The notes below the pieces were generated by a model, which was not told the DNA's origin, did no database searches, and saw only the letters and a program-made list of their open reading frames with translations. This document shows positions 53,166 through 64,000 of a DNA stretch of 64,000 nt, piece after piece. Made by a program: the position numbers and the translations under genes. The stretch comes from Magallana gigas (Eukaryota). How positions within the stretch are numbered: the first letter of the stretch is position 1; each line of letters begins with the position of its first letter. The stretch is from NCBI RefSeq assembly GCF_963853765.1, contig NC_088854.1:40858001-40922000 (forward strand). The letters run 5' to 3'.

Positions 53166-55403
53166 TCAAACATTTTGTTGAGACTGTTGCTGGTCCTCTG
53201 TAGGTTGAGTGTACCCATTATATCCTGACATATTCAAGTACTGAGAGGCCAGACTGGAGTAATAGGCATACAGGGTGGAGAGAGACAGGTTTTCTGTGGA
53301 GTCATTGTCTGTAGGGGCATGTTTTACTGTCTGACCCTCCGGCCTCTGTGTATTGGGCATTTCCAGCATTGCATCGCCATACTGATGAGAAGAAGAGTTG
53401 TGGTCCTCCTCTACATGTGATGGAGGATGTGGCTGGTTGGATAGGTATGGAAGAGAAGTAGCTGTATTGTCCTCCATGTTTTCTGCAGTTTGTGGCTGGG
53501 AAGTGGCTAGATAGGGATTTGAGGAAGCGTGGTTATTTTCTAAATTCTGGTCAGGTTGTGTTTGTGATGATGGAATATAGGGATAGGTGGCAGCAACTGA
53601 GCTGAGGTCATGTTGGGTTGGATAAACTCCATGATCCACTCCCGATGGATCAACATGATCACTGTATAGAGTCTGAGAGTGCTGATACATCGTTAACGGG
53701 AGTTGATGCATTTGGCTTTGAATGTGATGAACCTCTGGAGTTGACATTGATAAATCTTCCGGGAGGGCTGTTGGTAAGGATTTAGCATTGTGATCAGTGG
53801 CCATTGGCAACCGCATTTCATTAATGTTCTCTGTTGAAATCATGTCATTGCCTTCATAAGTATTGTATGTTGGAATCTGTGTCTCATTTCTTTCCAAATG
53901 GCTTTGATCCACAGGCTCATATGATGCAACAAATGAGCTGTCAAACTCATTCTGGATAATGTCCTCTTTCCATTTCAAAGGATCTTTGTTAATTTTGTGA
54001 ACAAGAATTAGGTGCTTCCTGATAATTGCTGCATCGCCATAAGATTTGTGGCAAATCTTACAAGTGAATGGCTTCAGTCCCTTGTGAGACCTTTCATGTC
54101 TTTGTAGAGCCTGTTTCTGGGTGAAGCCTCTCCCGCATTCCGTACACTTGAATGACTTGTCTCCAGCATGAATCTTTGAGTGTTTCTGTAGTGACGTCCT
54201 CTGGTTGAATGATTTGAAGCAAACAGGACACTGGTATGACTTTAAATCTGAATGGATATTTTTGTGATCTCTTAGGGATGATTCACATGAGAATGACTTG
54301 TGACACACATCACATGTAAGCCTGGACCCTGTGTGGAGAAGCTGATGTTGCTGTAGAGAGTATTTTCGGGTGAATACCTTTCCACATGTTGCACACAAGA
54401 AAGATGCTTTCTTTCCTGCATGTTGAGTTTCTATGTGGTTTTCTAACACTGCCTTTGAAGAAAATGAGCTTTTACATTGTAAGCATTGAAAATTTGGAGG
54501 CTGAAAATTACTGCAATGTGTTTTCCTGTGCTTCTCCAAAGTTCTTGCAGTTTTGTAAACTTTTCCACAGACATCACAAATGCTCTGTACGCTTTGGTGG
54601 CAAACCATGTGTCTTTTCAAGTGCTGACAACTAGGAAAAACTTTTTCACACAACTGGCATTTTTCAGGTATTGCCAAATGAACCCTTAATCCATGATCCC
54701 TTACAGAATTTCTATGGTTACTGGTAAAGTCACATTTGGTGCATTTGAATACTTTCAATGACTTTTCAGGGTGCAGTTCCTTTTCGTTTGCTTGAATTTC
54801 ATTCATCTTTAACTCTTTTTCATCATCACTATTGATGCTATCTTCACTTTCATATTTGCTCTCCAATTTATCAACAGGTTCTCTTTCAGATGACTCAGTG
54901 ATGGTCTGTTCACAATGCAACTGACAATCAGCAGTTGTGACCCCTGGCTCATCTTTTGCTTGTTCTTCTTGAAAAATGTCAGTTTTTTGTACAGTTCTTG
55001 AAGCGGCTATCTCATTATTTGCGGAACTTTCAGATATTAAGCCGTTCAAGTCTTTGGCATCTAATTTTATTGAGGTGTTCACATCTTTAATTGCCTCACA
55101 ATGGCCTTTCCTTTGCTCAGTAAGTAATTTCTGTGTCTGTAATCTGCATCCCTTAAACAATCTTTTAGAGGTATTGCTCCTGTTCAGCTTCCTCCACTGC
55201 TTTTTCATCAAGAGTCTATGAAGTAAAAGGATTTGACCCCACCTCCCATGGATGGCTGTGGAGTTATTGTGCATGTCCACCATCCGTGTTCCAGTGCGCT
55301 TGCAGAGTCTGTTTAGGTATACATCAGCATCAATAACAAATGAAATTCTATCCTTTAAGCTTTGCGAAATTTCTACCCAAACGCTGGTGAATAGATCAGG
55401 CAT
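53166..55403 (-). CDS. C2H2 zinc-finger protein, single coding exon, 745 aa, 9 fingers
   Basis: Nine CxxC...HxxxH(H) fingers in tandem, some with TGSR/AGDK/KGLKPF linkers. About 90-aa unassigned N-terminal block; H/Q/P/S-rich C-terminus. Possible acceptor CACAG|ACCATG immediately upstream. Confidence 0.9.
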   Translation of the reverse strand: MPDLFTSVWVEISQSLKDRISFVIDADVYLNRLCKRTGTRMVDMHNNSTAIHGRWGQILLLHRLLMKKQWRKLNRSNTSKRLFKGCRLQTQKLLTEQRKGHCEAIKDVNTSIKLDAKDLNGLISESSANNEIAASRTVQKTDIFQEEQAKDEPGVTTADCQLHCEQTITESSEREPVDKLESKYESEDSINSDDEKELKMNEIQANEKELHPEKSLKVFKCTKCDFTSNHRNSVRDHGLRVHLAIPEKCQLCEKVFPSCQHLKRHMVCHQSVQSICDVCGKVYKTARTLEKHRKTHCSNFQPPNFQCLQCKSSFSSKAVLENHIETQHAGKKASFLCATCGKVFTRKYSLQQHQLLHTGSRLTCDVCHKSFSCESSLRDHKNIHSDLKSYQCPVCFKSFNQRTSLQKHSKIHAGDKSFKCTECGRGFTQKQALQRHERSHKGLKPFTCKICHKSYGDAAIIRKHLILVHKINKDPLKWKEDIIQNEFDSSFVASYEPVDQSHLERNETQIPTYNTYEGNDMISTENINEMRLPMATDHNAKSLPTALPEDLSMSTPEVHHIQSQMHQLPLTMYQHSQTLYSDHVDPSGVDHGVYPTQHDLSSVAATYPYIPSSQTQPDQNLENNHASSNPYLATSQPQTAENMEDNTATSLPYLSNQPHPPSHVEEDHNSSSHQYGDAMLEMPNTQRPEGQTVKHAPTDNDSTENLSLSTLYAYYSSLASQYLNMSGYNGYTQPTEDQQQSQQNV

Positions 55404-55688
55404 GGTCTGTGTTTAAACTATGGATTTTCGAGTTGATGGCAATTCAACGTTGTTTACATCATAGTACATTTTGTATCTCCAAAGTTAAAGAGTTCCAATT
55501 TTGACCCCCCCTCCCCTCCTTTTTTTCAAACATCCTACTTTCATTCATTCAATCTTTATTTCCCCCTTGCGGAGATTTCATGTTGTAAATTACAATATAT
55601 AAAGAAAATCAGTCAATCGTACAAAAATAGGAAATAATTGTGAAGACAACGTATATACATATATAGTAAGGAAAATATTTATAAATTG

Positions 55689-57457
55689 TTACATTTGCTC
55701 TAAGAATAATAGAGCTCTATTGTAGCATGCTGCTGCACTACATACAAATTTTGCGCAACTGCAGATAAATTTTTTCTTGTTTTCTTTATCAAATAATGTT
55801 GTGGGTTCAAATCCCCCGAGCAAAATATAGTATAAAACTTCATCTCTTAGCTGTGAAAGCTCTACATATAAATGGACATCAAAATTATTGATTAAACTGT
55901 TGTAAAACGAATCCCTAACAAAAGCTGTGGATGGACACCCCAATGCAGCATGCTGAAATTGGTTGTTGTAAGTGCATTGACATATTCTGCAGTTTTGGTC
56001 TATATACATGGGTGGAATGGTCCAGAGTTTCGCTAGTAATCTAATAAATGGAACTTCATCGAATGAAAATTCAAATTTCCAGAGTCTGATAGGAGAGACT
56101 GTATTGTGAAAAACTTTAAACATTCGGAAATCTTGGTCATTTTCCGTGCGACTTCTCCATTCCTCAGTATGGTGATTATGAATCGACTTTTTAACTATAG
56201 TTTTCCAATCCTTTTTTTCAGGGAAATTGCCAGCTTCAAGAAATAAATGTAAATATTGAAGTAAATTATATTTGGCTAGAATTTCGTAAATATCCTTTAG
56301 AAATCCGGAAAATGGTTTGTTGCCGTCCTGTAAAAAGTCACATAATCTAAGTAAGAAAATATTTTTCGTCAGACAGTTAATATCAAGCTTGCACAGTTTT
56401 CCAAAAAGGGCTAATTTTCTTTTATCTATTTCCGAAACGATGGGATGTAGTCCAAGCATACTCTCACACATATCTGACCTTGTTGAGATTTTTAGACCTT
56501 GGATGTCTTTTATCACGAAATGTTGAAATTTATTTAAAACTTGTAAATCTGTTTGCTTTAAATTGTTCCACAGTTCACATCCATACAATACAGTAGGTAA
56601 TACTATTTTTTGGTAGAGTCCAACAAGAGTTAGAGGGTTCGTATTATGAGACAGGTCGTTCCGTATTGCGAAGTATGCTTTCCTGCCTTTGTTACAGCTT
56701 TCCGTTGTTCGCTCACCAGACTTGAATTGAGAGTGTTGGATAATACCTAAATGTTTGTAGCTATCGTTGATTGAGATGTCCTCCTCTCCTAATTTCCAGG
56801 CATGCTGCGTTGGGGGCCTTCCCTTACCAAACCTAACAATTACGCTAGATTTTTGCGCATTAAAGGAAAAGCGCCATAAACATGAATATCTATATGCAAC
56901 GTTTAGCATCTTTTGTAAGCCCGTCGGACTTAAACATGCAATATCGTCGGCTAATGCTGGGTTTGTTGATTTTACATTGTAAACACCAAAGTTACTGCTT
57001 ACATTTTCTAAACAATTCAATAAATCATTGATAAACACACAATATAAAAATCCAGACAATACACCTCCTTGACGAACACCTTGTCTAATTTTAAACCATT
57101 CAGAAATTGTGCCATTCACAGCTACTGTGCTTTCATTATTGATATGACAATCGTCTATTATTTTCCATATCTTGCCCTTTAATCCCAATTTGTGAAGTTT
57201 AACCATGAGCGCTTTTCTCCAAACTGTGTCATAAGCTTTTTTACAATCTAAAAATGCCACATATACAGAACTACCGTGGTCATTGTAATGACATATAGTC
57301 TCTTGTAAATTAAAACCTGCGGTAATGCAACTCAAATCCTTCTGAAACCCTTGCTGCTGGGGGTTTGGGAACCTAATTTCGCTAGTTATTACGTCCGAAA
57401 TTCTATTGTGCAGTATTTTTTCAAAAACCTTTAACAGACACGACAACAATGATACTG
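55689..57457 (-). pseudogene. LINE ORF2 C-terminal part (reverse transcriptase + CCHC-like C-terminal motif)
   Basis: RPVSLLS, QQGFQK, FLDCKKAYDTVW, GVRQGGVLS, LADDI, YKHLG, CRICQC...HAALGC. Confidence 0.9.
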
Positions 57458-57465
57458 GTCGGTAG

Positions 57466-58867
57466 GGTTTGTTCCCGTTTTGCACACATTTGAAAATTAG
57501 GTATCGAAAAAATGTGTGCGAAACGGGAATTTGACCAGGTGAGATAATTGCTTAATTGCTATAGTCTATATCACAGTTCCTGTGTGGGTAACCGACATTC
57601 AAATAAATAAAACATACCTACTCGCAATTGATATATATATTTACATTTATTTTATGTTACAATATAACTTGCATAGAAGCACATTTACATAATAATTGTC
57701 ATCCATGTTCTGGAATTTAATTTTAAACATCGATTTGGTCATCAACAATTTCATTAATTTCTTTAAACAAAAAAGATTATTGCAAAAATGTTGTGTATGT
57801 AGTGCTTTTGTTTAACTTCCTGTCTTTAGGAAGTACATTTACACGCTACAAGTTTGAAGAGAAAATATCATATATTAGTATTTATTTATTGCTTTTGCTT
57901 ACATAAATGGAGGAAATGTGTCTAGTGAAAACGCTGCTTATTATTTTTCATTTATGCTGTAGCTTGAATAATCGAAGAGAATACTATTAGACGAACAAAT
58001 GTATATGACGATATGATAATAATTAGGCAATTTTATATGCTTCAAAAACTGAAAATATTTTTTCACAAAACCTATCAAATGTAGACCTAATTCACACATT
58101 TTCAATCTTCTTCAGTTTGAGGTATACATATCGATTTAATATTTTAATTATTATAATAAATATAATAAATTTGTCGGAATTTATTGAGCTGCTGATTTGA
58201 AAATCCAGAAAAGTGACCCGCAATATACTAAAGCGGTGATGTTGATCATAAGATCTACTGTCAAGGCTGCTACTTCGAAGATTGAAATGTTTTGTGATAA
58301 AGGTCTGTTTCTTTTCATAATAATCTTTCTGTTGATACCAAACAACCAATTATAAACATGCGATTTACATATTTTGCATCTACAATGTAAGTTGTAAAAA
58401 GAGACACGGACTACCCCAAATGACTGTCCGTGTAGTTTTCCCCTTTATCATATAATTTTCCACTGAATCAACTTCCAATTGGCCCGGGACCAGCAATTTT
58501 TCCTCAATTCATCGAATTTTATATTTAAAGTAATTGGGCAAAAATGTAAAAGTCAAATCATCTAATCCTTATTTTTCTTATCAGTGAGCGGAAATTTAAG
58601 ACTAAAAATATTAATTTGATCTTTATTTTATCAAATGAAAAAAATTGTGATAGTTATTAGTCTAAAACACAACAAAATATCTATATTCTTCTTGTTTCAT
58701 GGCGCTGATCAATGAATGATAAAACACAAGTAAAATGAATGATAAAACACAAGTAAAAATCCAGGTAAAATCTTTGACTGAAAGCAGACTATAATTGCTA
58801 TCACAACACAATTCACACCTATTGTTCTATACCCAATTATCAAATGTGTGCAAAACGGGAACACACC
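57466..58867. mobile_element. 1402-bp non-autonomous TIR DNA transposon with 8-bp TSD (Merlin-like; hAT/MULE not excluded)
   Basis: TSD GTCGGTAG at 57458-65 and 58868-75. 39-bp TIRs GGT(T/G)TGTTCCCGTTTTGCACACATTTGA(A/T)AATT(A/G)GGTAT with 3 mismatches. No transposase ORF seen. Confidence 0.9.
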
Positions 58868-60567
58868 GTCGGTAGCTATCTGGGGAGTTTTTTGTTTTAT
58901 TGTCTCCTTTATATATTGGGACAACAATACCTTTTTTCCACTCACTGGGTATCGCCCCGCATTTGATAATTCCATTGAACAATTTGCATAAGTTAAAGAT
59001 TACTTTATTGCCCCCATATTTTAGATGCTCTGCTTGAATACCATCAATTCCCGGCGCTTTACGCAGTTTAAGGGATTTAACGGCTTGGTCTACTTCCGAT
59101 ACGGAAACGTCGTATTCGAGACGTTTGTCACATTCGTTATCAGATTTAACGTCATCATATAATTTATTTATGTACAGAAAATTTTCTTCGTCATAGATAC
59201 CATTGTTTTGAGGGGTATATACATTTTCAAAGTACGTTCCAAATAAATCGGACACACTTTGGGGGGTATTTGCAGTTATACCACCGTACTGAATTTCCGG
59301 GTACACCCTGCTTTTGCGGGGTCGTTGTTTGCTAATCAGTTTCCAAAACAGTCGAGTGTCGCAGCCGGCTGCGTTATCTATGTCGGTATAGGTTTTCTTG
59401 ATATACTGCTCCAATGCTAGTGACTGGCATTTACGAAAACGCCTTTTAGCGCGCTTATAGTTAAAGTACGATGTATGATGCATCCCCCGGGGTCTCCCTT
59501 CCCTAACCCAAATGCCCCTCATTCTCCGTTCTTGGGCATGAGCTTCCTTGACCTCCCCTGTCCAGTAGGGCTTACAGTGGGGGTTAAATTTAGACCTGGG
59601 AACGACAGTATTCGCACTTGCTGTTATACATTTAACGAATGCCATACAGAATTCGTTAATTTCGGGGTGGGTCTCTGGTACATTATTCCCCATTATATTA
59701 TCTAACTGGTGAGTGACCTCTCTTTCATAGGCTTGTTCTTTCATTTGATATTTTGTGCCATGCTGGAGTTTTGCTAGTAAATTCAATGAGATGATGTTGA
59801 TTGCTTTGTATATTGTACACAGCCAAAACGGGAAGGTGGTCAGACGTGCTTGAGAACGTCCCTTCGGCAAGGATTTCATAAGAACTGAGTGACATGTACA
59901 TATGCGCATCTGAGAATACATAATCTAACATAGTTTCTGTACTCGTAAATGTGTGATTACATTTGGGCGCTTTATCATTCCTTAACATATGATTAAGATG
60001 GTTTTCTTTTACAAAATTTTTAAGCTCCCTTGATTTGTACAAATTGCATCTTCCGATGTCTACCTCCAAACAACTTGCATTAAAGTCACCAGCTACTACA
60101 ATATGACCATATCGTGAATAATAATTATAAAAATCTTGTAATATCGACAATTGATCTTTATATGCTTCAATATTGTTTTCTGGGGGAAGGTAAGCCCCTA
60201 CTATGTACAAGAGTTCGTTGGTGTTAACTTTACATTCTATTGCAACAATTCTAGAAGAATTAACTTCTATTTCTTTAACACTAAACAAGAATGACTTTTT
60301 TATCATAATTGATACACCAGATTTCCCATGCAATTCATTACTGATTTGAGATTCACACTTTGTGAATGAAAAATACTTGTTGTCTACACTGTCTAAGTAG
60401 TTAGAATACATTTGAGGAAGTTTGTGCTCGCTTAGGATCACAAAATCACAGTCTGTATCACGTAATAGGTTCGCTAGGCACATAGTTGAGGACATTAGCC
60501 CTCGCACATTCCATGTCATTAATTTTAGTTGCATAGACAATAATACAAAAAATAGGAAAGAAATCAT
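58868..60567 (-). pseudogene. LINE ORF2 N-terminal part (APE endonuclease + start of RT), one frameshift near 59740
   Basis: MTWNVRG, YLPP, GDFNA, LDYV, SDHLPV, then KAPGIDG, WKKGIVVPIYKG, PDSYR. ORF-track pieces 59725-60666 and 58827-59921 are in different frames. Confidence 0.88.
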
Positions 60568-60610
60568 TGCAATTGCAATAGCTTTTGCTCTGGTTTGGGC
60601 TTTATATTTT

Positions 60611-62140
60611 CTAATAGTTTTCATCGTCATCATCGTGTTCGTCATCGAGTTCTTGTTTGTCACCATCTTCCCGCTCGCTATCGCCTTTCTTCTGGTTTTC
60701 GCTATCGATCTTCTCCTTCCATGTTCTTTGATTTAGCCATTTTCGACAGCTCACTCCTTCAGGCCAGAAGTCTCCCGATTCCAGTAACTCTGAGTCCTTA
60801 GGCGATACGTTGATTTTGGCCGTCAGGCGTGCCCCCGGGTATCTTGGTTTAAATAGGATAAAGTGAGTTATCTTAACCCCTTTCTTTGATACGTAATTCA
60901 TAAGCCCTGTTCGCGTGGATCGAGAGCTAATTCCCGCAATATAGTAACGAGCCTTACGCTTGTAGGTCACACCCTCAAAAATATCGGGTTCCGTCTCGTC
61001 CCCTGTATGCTCCCCATTGTCACGTGGACGTAAAACACCTTCGTTATTGCTGGACGCCTCTGTTCTTGCTTCGCCCCTGTATTGGGTTTTACTCGACTTG
61101 TTCGTGTTTGGGTAGAATACTTGTTCGGTACGGCTATGATCATTTTCTGGAATCATAGGTCCAAACAGCGACTTCTCGGGTTCTGTGGATGTCCCCCTGC
61201 ATGCCACTGTCTTTTTGGGTTGATCTCTGTGCCCATCGTCCTGGTCTGATTGTTTTTTCGATTTTACCATGATCATTTCAGTAGTATTTGGTTTGTCATT
61301 TCGCTTGCTATTGATATGTGTGCCCTCTGGCTTAGCATTTACACTCTCACCGTCGCGAGTGTGATTGTTTGTATGAATAGGCGCAGCGAGGTGGTCCCGA
61401 CTTATGGGCCTGTCGTCCGTTTTGTTTACGCTTGGTTGGGCACTTGTAGTTTTGTAAGATAACGGTTCTTGCGTAAAATCACTCGTCTGGGACATTCTGC
61501 TGTCTGCTTTCTGTGTATTGTTTTCCAAGGGAGAGGGACTTTGGGGGTTTAGGATTTTTAACTTTGATTTTGTGTCGTTTATTTGTTTCTGAAGACTAAT
61601 ACACATAGTTTTGACACTCTAGATAATTCAATTTTAGACTTTTCATAGTTCACCTGATACTCTGTGTAATCAAGACCCTCAAGACGCTTAATGGTCGAGT
61701 TGGTATTTTTGCGTGCCGTTTCACAACTAGTTGCATGTGCATTAAACCTGTCCCTTAATTGATCATTTTCAGTTTGCAGCGAGTTGTTTTTTGTTTGTAA
61801 ATCTGCTATTGTTTTTTTAAAGATCTGAATAGTTTTAGCGCTTTTTGATTGATTGTCTTCAAGTTTTGATACTCTCTCAAGTAAACCCTGAATGGTAGAT
61901 CGTATTTGAACTATGGTACTCTTTGGGAACTCCGGGGGTTTATTTCTGCATTTATCAAGGACATCCGCTAGGATAGCAGGGGTCTCTCCATTACAGAACA
62001 TAGTGAGTGCAAAGCAATCTCTGGCATACTTGATAATGCTAGAACAGTTTTTGGTCGTTTTTCGGACCGTCAAATTTCCTGGGGGGCAGTTGTCGATTGA
62101 TTTAGCTTTACTGCACAGAGAGGTTCGGTAGTCAATAATA
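60611..62140 (-). pseudogene. LINE ORF1 (coiled coil, low-complexity linker, RRM-like C-terminal region), frameshift near 61600, 5'-truncated
   Basis: ORF pieces 61579-62073 and 60611-61606. Heptad-like region, then RYYIAGIS...AKINV...FWPEGVSCRKW, resembling LINE ORF1 C-termini. Lies directly upstream of ORF2. Confidence 0.75.
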
Positions 62141-63422
62141 AATTTTTTTTTTTTTTTTTTTTTGAAAAATCACAAATAATTTGCGAGGAAAATATTAAAT
62201 AAATAATTATAGATACCGGTATCATGGAAAAAAGCTTCTTATGCGCAATATATCATGACTTCGGTGTATATACAAACTTCACACGCATTCATCAGTTACC
62301 TTTTACGAATAATTTTTGAAATAATGTAGACAATTTGGATACATTTCAATATGATTGTATGAAGTAAAAAAAAGAACTTTATACATATATCTCTTCGTTT
62401 TTTAAATTCATTTGTCACTGCGTTTATCTGTCAAAAAATATAAATACAAAAATTTTATTTGATGGAGCAATAATTATAATGATTAAAAGAAATTATTTCT
62501 CAAACTTGATATATATAGCGACAGAGTAATAAATTTTATTTACGTTTATAGTTTTAAAACAGTTGAAAAAAAAAACCCTAACCAAATTGTTTATTGCGAT
62601 CTAAAAATAAAATATCATTTTATAGTACATGTTTAAAGATGGACTTAAATTAGACGTGACAATTTCAGACTAAATACAGGTATATAAAACTATTAGAATG
62701 CAATATTATTAATGTTTAAACTACATTGTAGACATGCAGATATTTAGCATTCCTATAAATTTAGCACATCTCCAGCTCTTTTGTTGAAGGAGGTGAAAAA
62801 CGCCTAATTTCCGCCATTATTTGAAAACCAGTACTTGTTGATACTTGTTTCACTTTGTTTACCAATGATTCGTTGCCTCCAACGATGATTTGATGAATCG
62901 GAGGATGTTTCTGTGAGTTCCATTTTCACCCCATCAAAGAAGTCAAGAGGTAAGACACCAAAACCGACATTTCAAACTTATGAAAATGGAAAATATCTCG
63001 GATATGCAGCGTCTCTATTTAACCCGAATGTACTCGGTGTAAACAAATCTGAAAAGTCCTAAACATCCAAATCGCAAACCAAATCAAATAAGCACATTCA
63101 AATAATATTGGCAAAAATTGTATAGATTAATAGTGAAATTATTTCAAGTACTGCTTGTTTTAGAGTCTGGTACCTTTAAAATATGATAAATGTTTGATAT
63201 TCTGCAACTCAGATCATATTCTTAAATTAGCTTCTCAATAAGATAATCAGTCGAAAATTTAAGCCTCAACTAAAACAAACAGAAATTAATGATTTGCAAG
63301 TCAATATTAAAGTTTTAAGACAGTGCAGTGTTTGCTACTTATGTTGCAAGTGAACAAAATATCTATTTACAAGAGCATTAACTTTTATGAACTATTGGAT
63401 ATATATTTCAGAAATACGCAAA

Positions 63423-63744
63423 ATGTCGAGCGGTAATAAAACTTCAGCACAAGCTCAGCAGAAGTTTACAAATCTACGTAAACGTCTTGATCAGCTGGGA
63501 TATAGACAAACCCTTGGATTAGAGTCTTTGCCACTTGTGGAGAAGTTATTCGCAGATCTTGTTCACACTACAGAGAGTTTGAAAAATACCAAACTACAAC
63601 TTGGAAAGACTGAAGTAGAATCAAAGGATGTGGACAGTGCTATTGAACCATACAAGAGTGATAATGCTAAGTTAGTGAAGGAAAACAATGACCTTCATCA
63701 ACAAATCATCAAACAAAAAGACGAGTCAGACGCCATAGTAAGAG
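63423..63744 (+). CDS. CEP135: Centrosomal protein of 135 kDa, first coding exon (gene continues beyond the window)
   Basis: MSSGNKTSAQAQQKFTNLRKRLDQLGYRQTLGLESLPLVEKLFADLVHTTESL...PYKSDNAKLVKENNDLH. Acceptor TTTCAG at 63411, donor G|GTAGTC after 63744, probable UTR donor CT|GTGAGT at 62912. Confidence 0.93.
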
Positions 63745-64000
63745 GTAGTCAATTTTATCTTACTCCTACCTACATGTGTACCGGTATATAAATATTGAAT
63801 AACAGAGAATATCCCAGTATGTTCATTTTCTGTCAATATTAATATTTACATGACAGCAAAACTACTATGATGTTACGATAGCTAGGTTATAATTTTGTTG
63901 TGTGTATGCATTTTTTTTATCATGGAACATTTACCGGTACTGTCTTTTTATAATAGTTGACAGATTTTCCTGAAGCATGAATTTAGAAAGAGTGAATTTT

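Larger units (their letters stand above)
55540..62140 (-). mobile_element. 5'-truncated APE-RT LINE (RTE-X / L2-CR1-like), two ORFs, interrupted by a DNA element
   Basis: ORF1 remnant, APE and RT domains. The 3' end reads AATAAAGATTGAATGAATGAA at 55560-55540. No TSD was found by eye, and the clade is not settled. Confidence 0.9.

Noticed and set aside
62140-62165. Poly(T) run as a LINE tail or TSD
   Set aside because: It lies at the LINE 5' truncation, not the 3' end, and no matching target duplication was found at 55520-55540.

Overview
AT-rich eukaryotic (animal) DNA with short GT-AG introns. Composition and repeat style suggest a bivalve such as an oyster (inference). By hand I reconstructed nine protein-coding genes. 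They are an SLC26 anion transporter (+), a GRD-like GABA-A/Cys-loop subunit (-), a single-coding-exon egghead beta-1,4-mannosyltransferase (-), an 8-exon FANCF (-) head-to-head with AGA (+), TBCK (-) head-to-head with CHM/REP (+), a 9-finger C2H2 gene (-), and the first coding exon of CEP135 (+). The 55.5-62.1 kb block is a 5'-truncated APE-RT LINE interrupted by a 1.4-kb TIR element with a perfect 8-bp TSD. There are also many small fold-back MITEs, a V-SINE and microsatellites. I see no clear wholly new multi-gene system. The best leads are these: a cation-selective M2 signature in the GABA subunit; a GC-AG intron that swaps the SLC26 C-terminal PDZ ligand; two tandem duplications of splice-site/exon ends (GABA subunit and CHM); an intron-rich FANCF; a TBCK/REP Rab-pathway divergent pair; and an unassigned N-terminal domain on the zinc-finger protein. 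All exon coordinates were read by eye and need RNA-seq confirmation.
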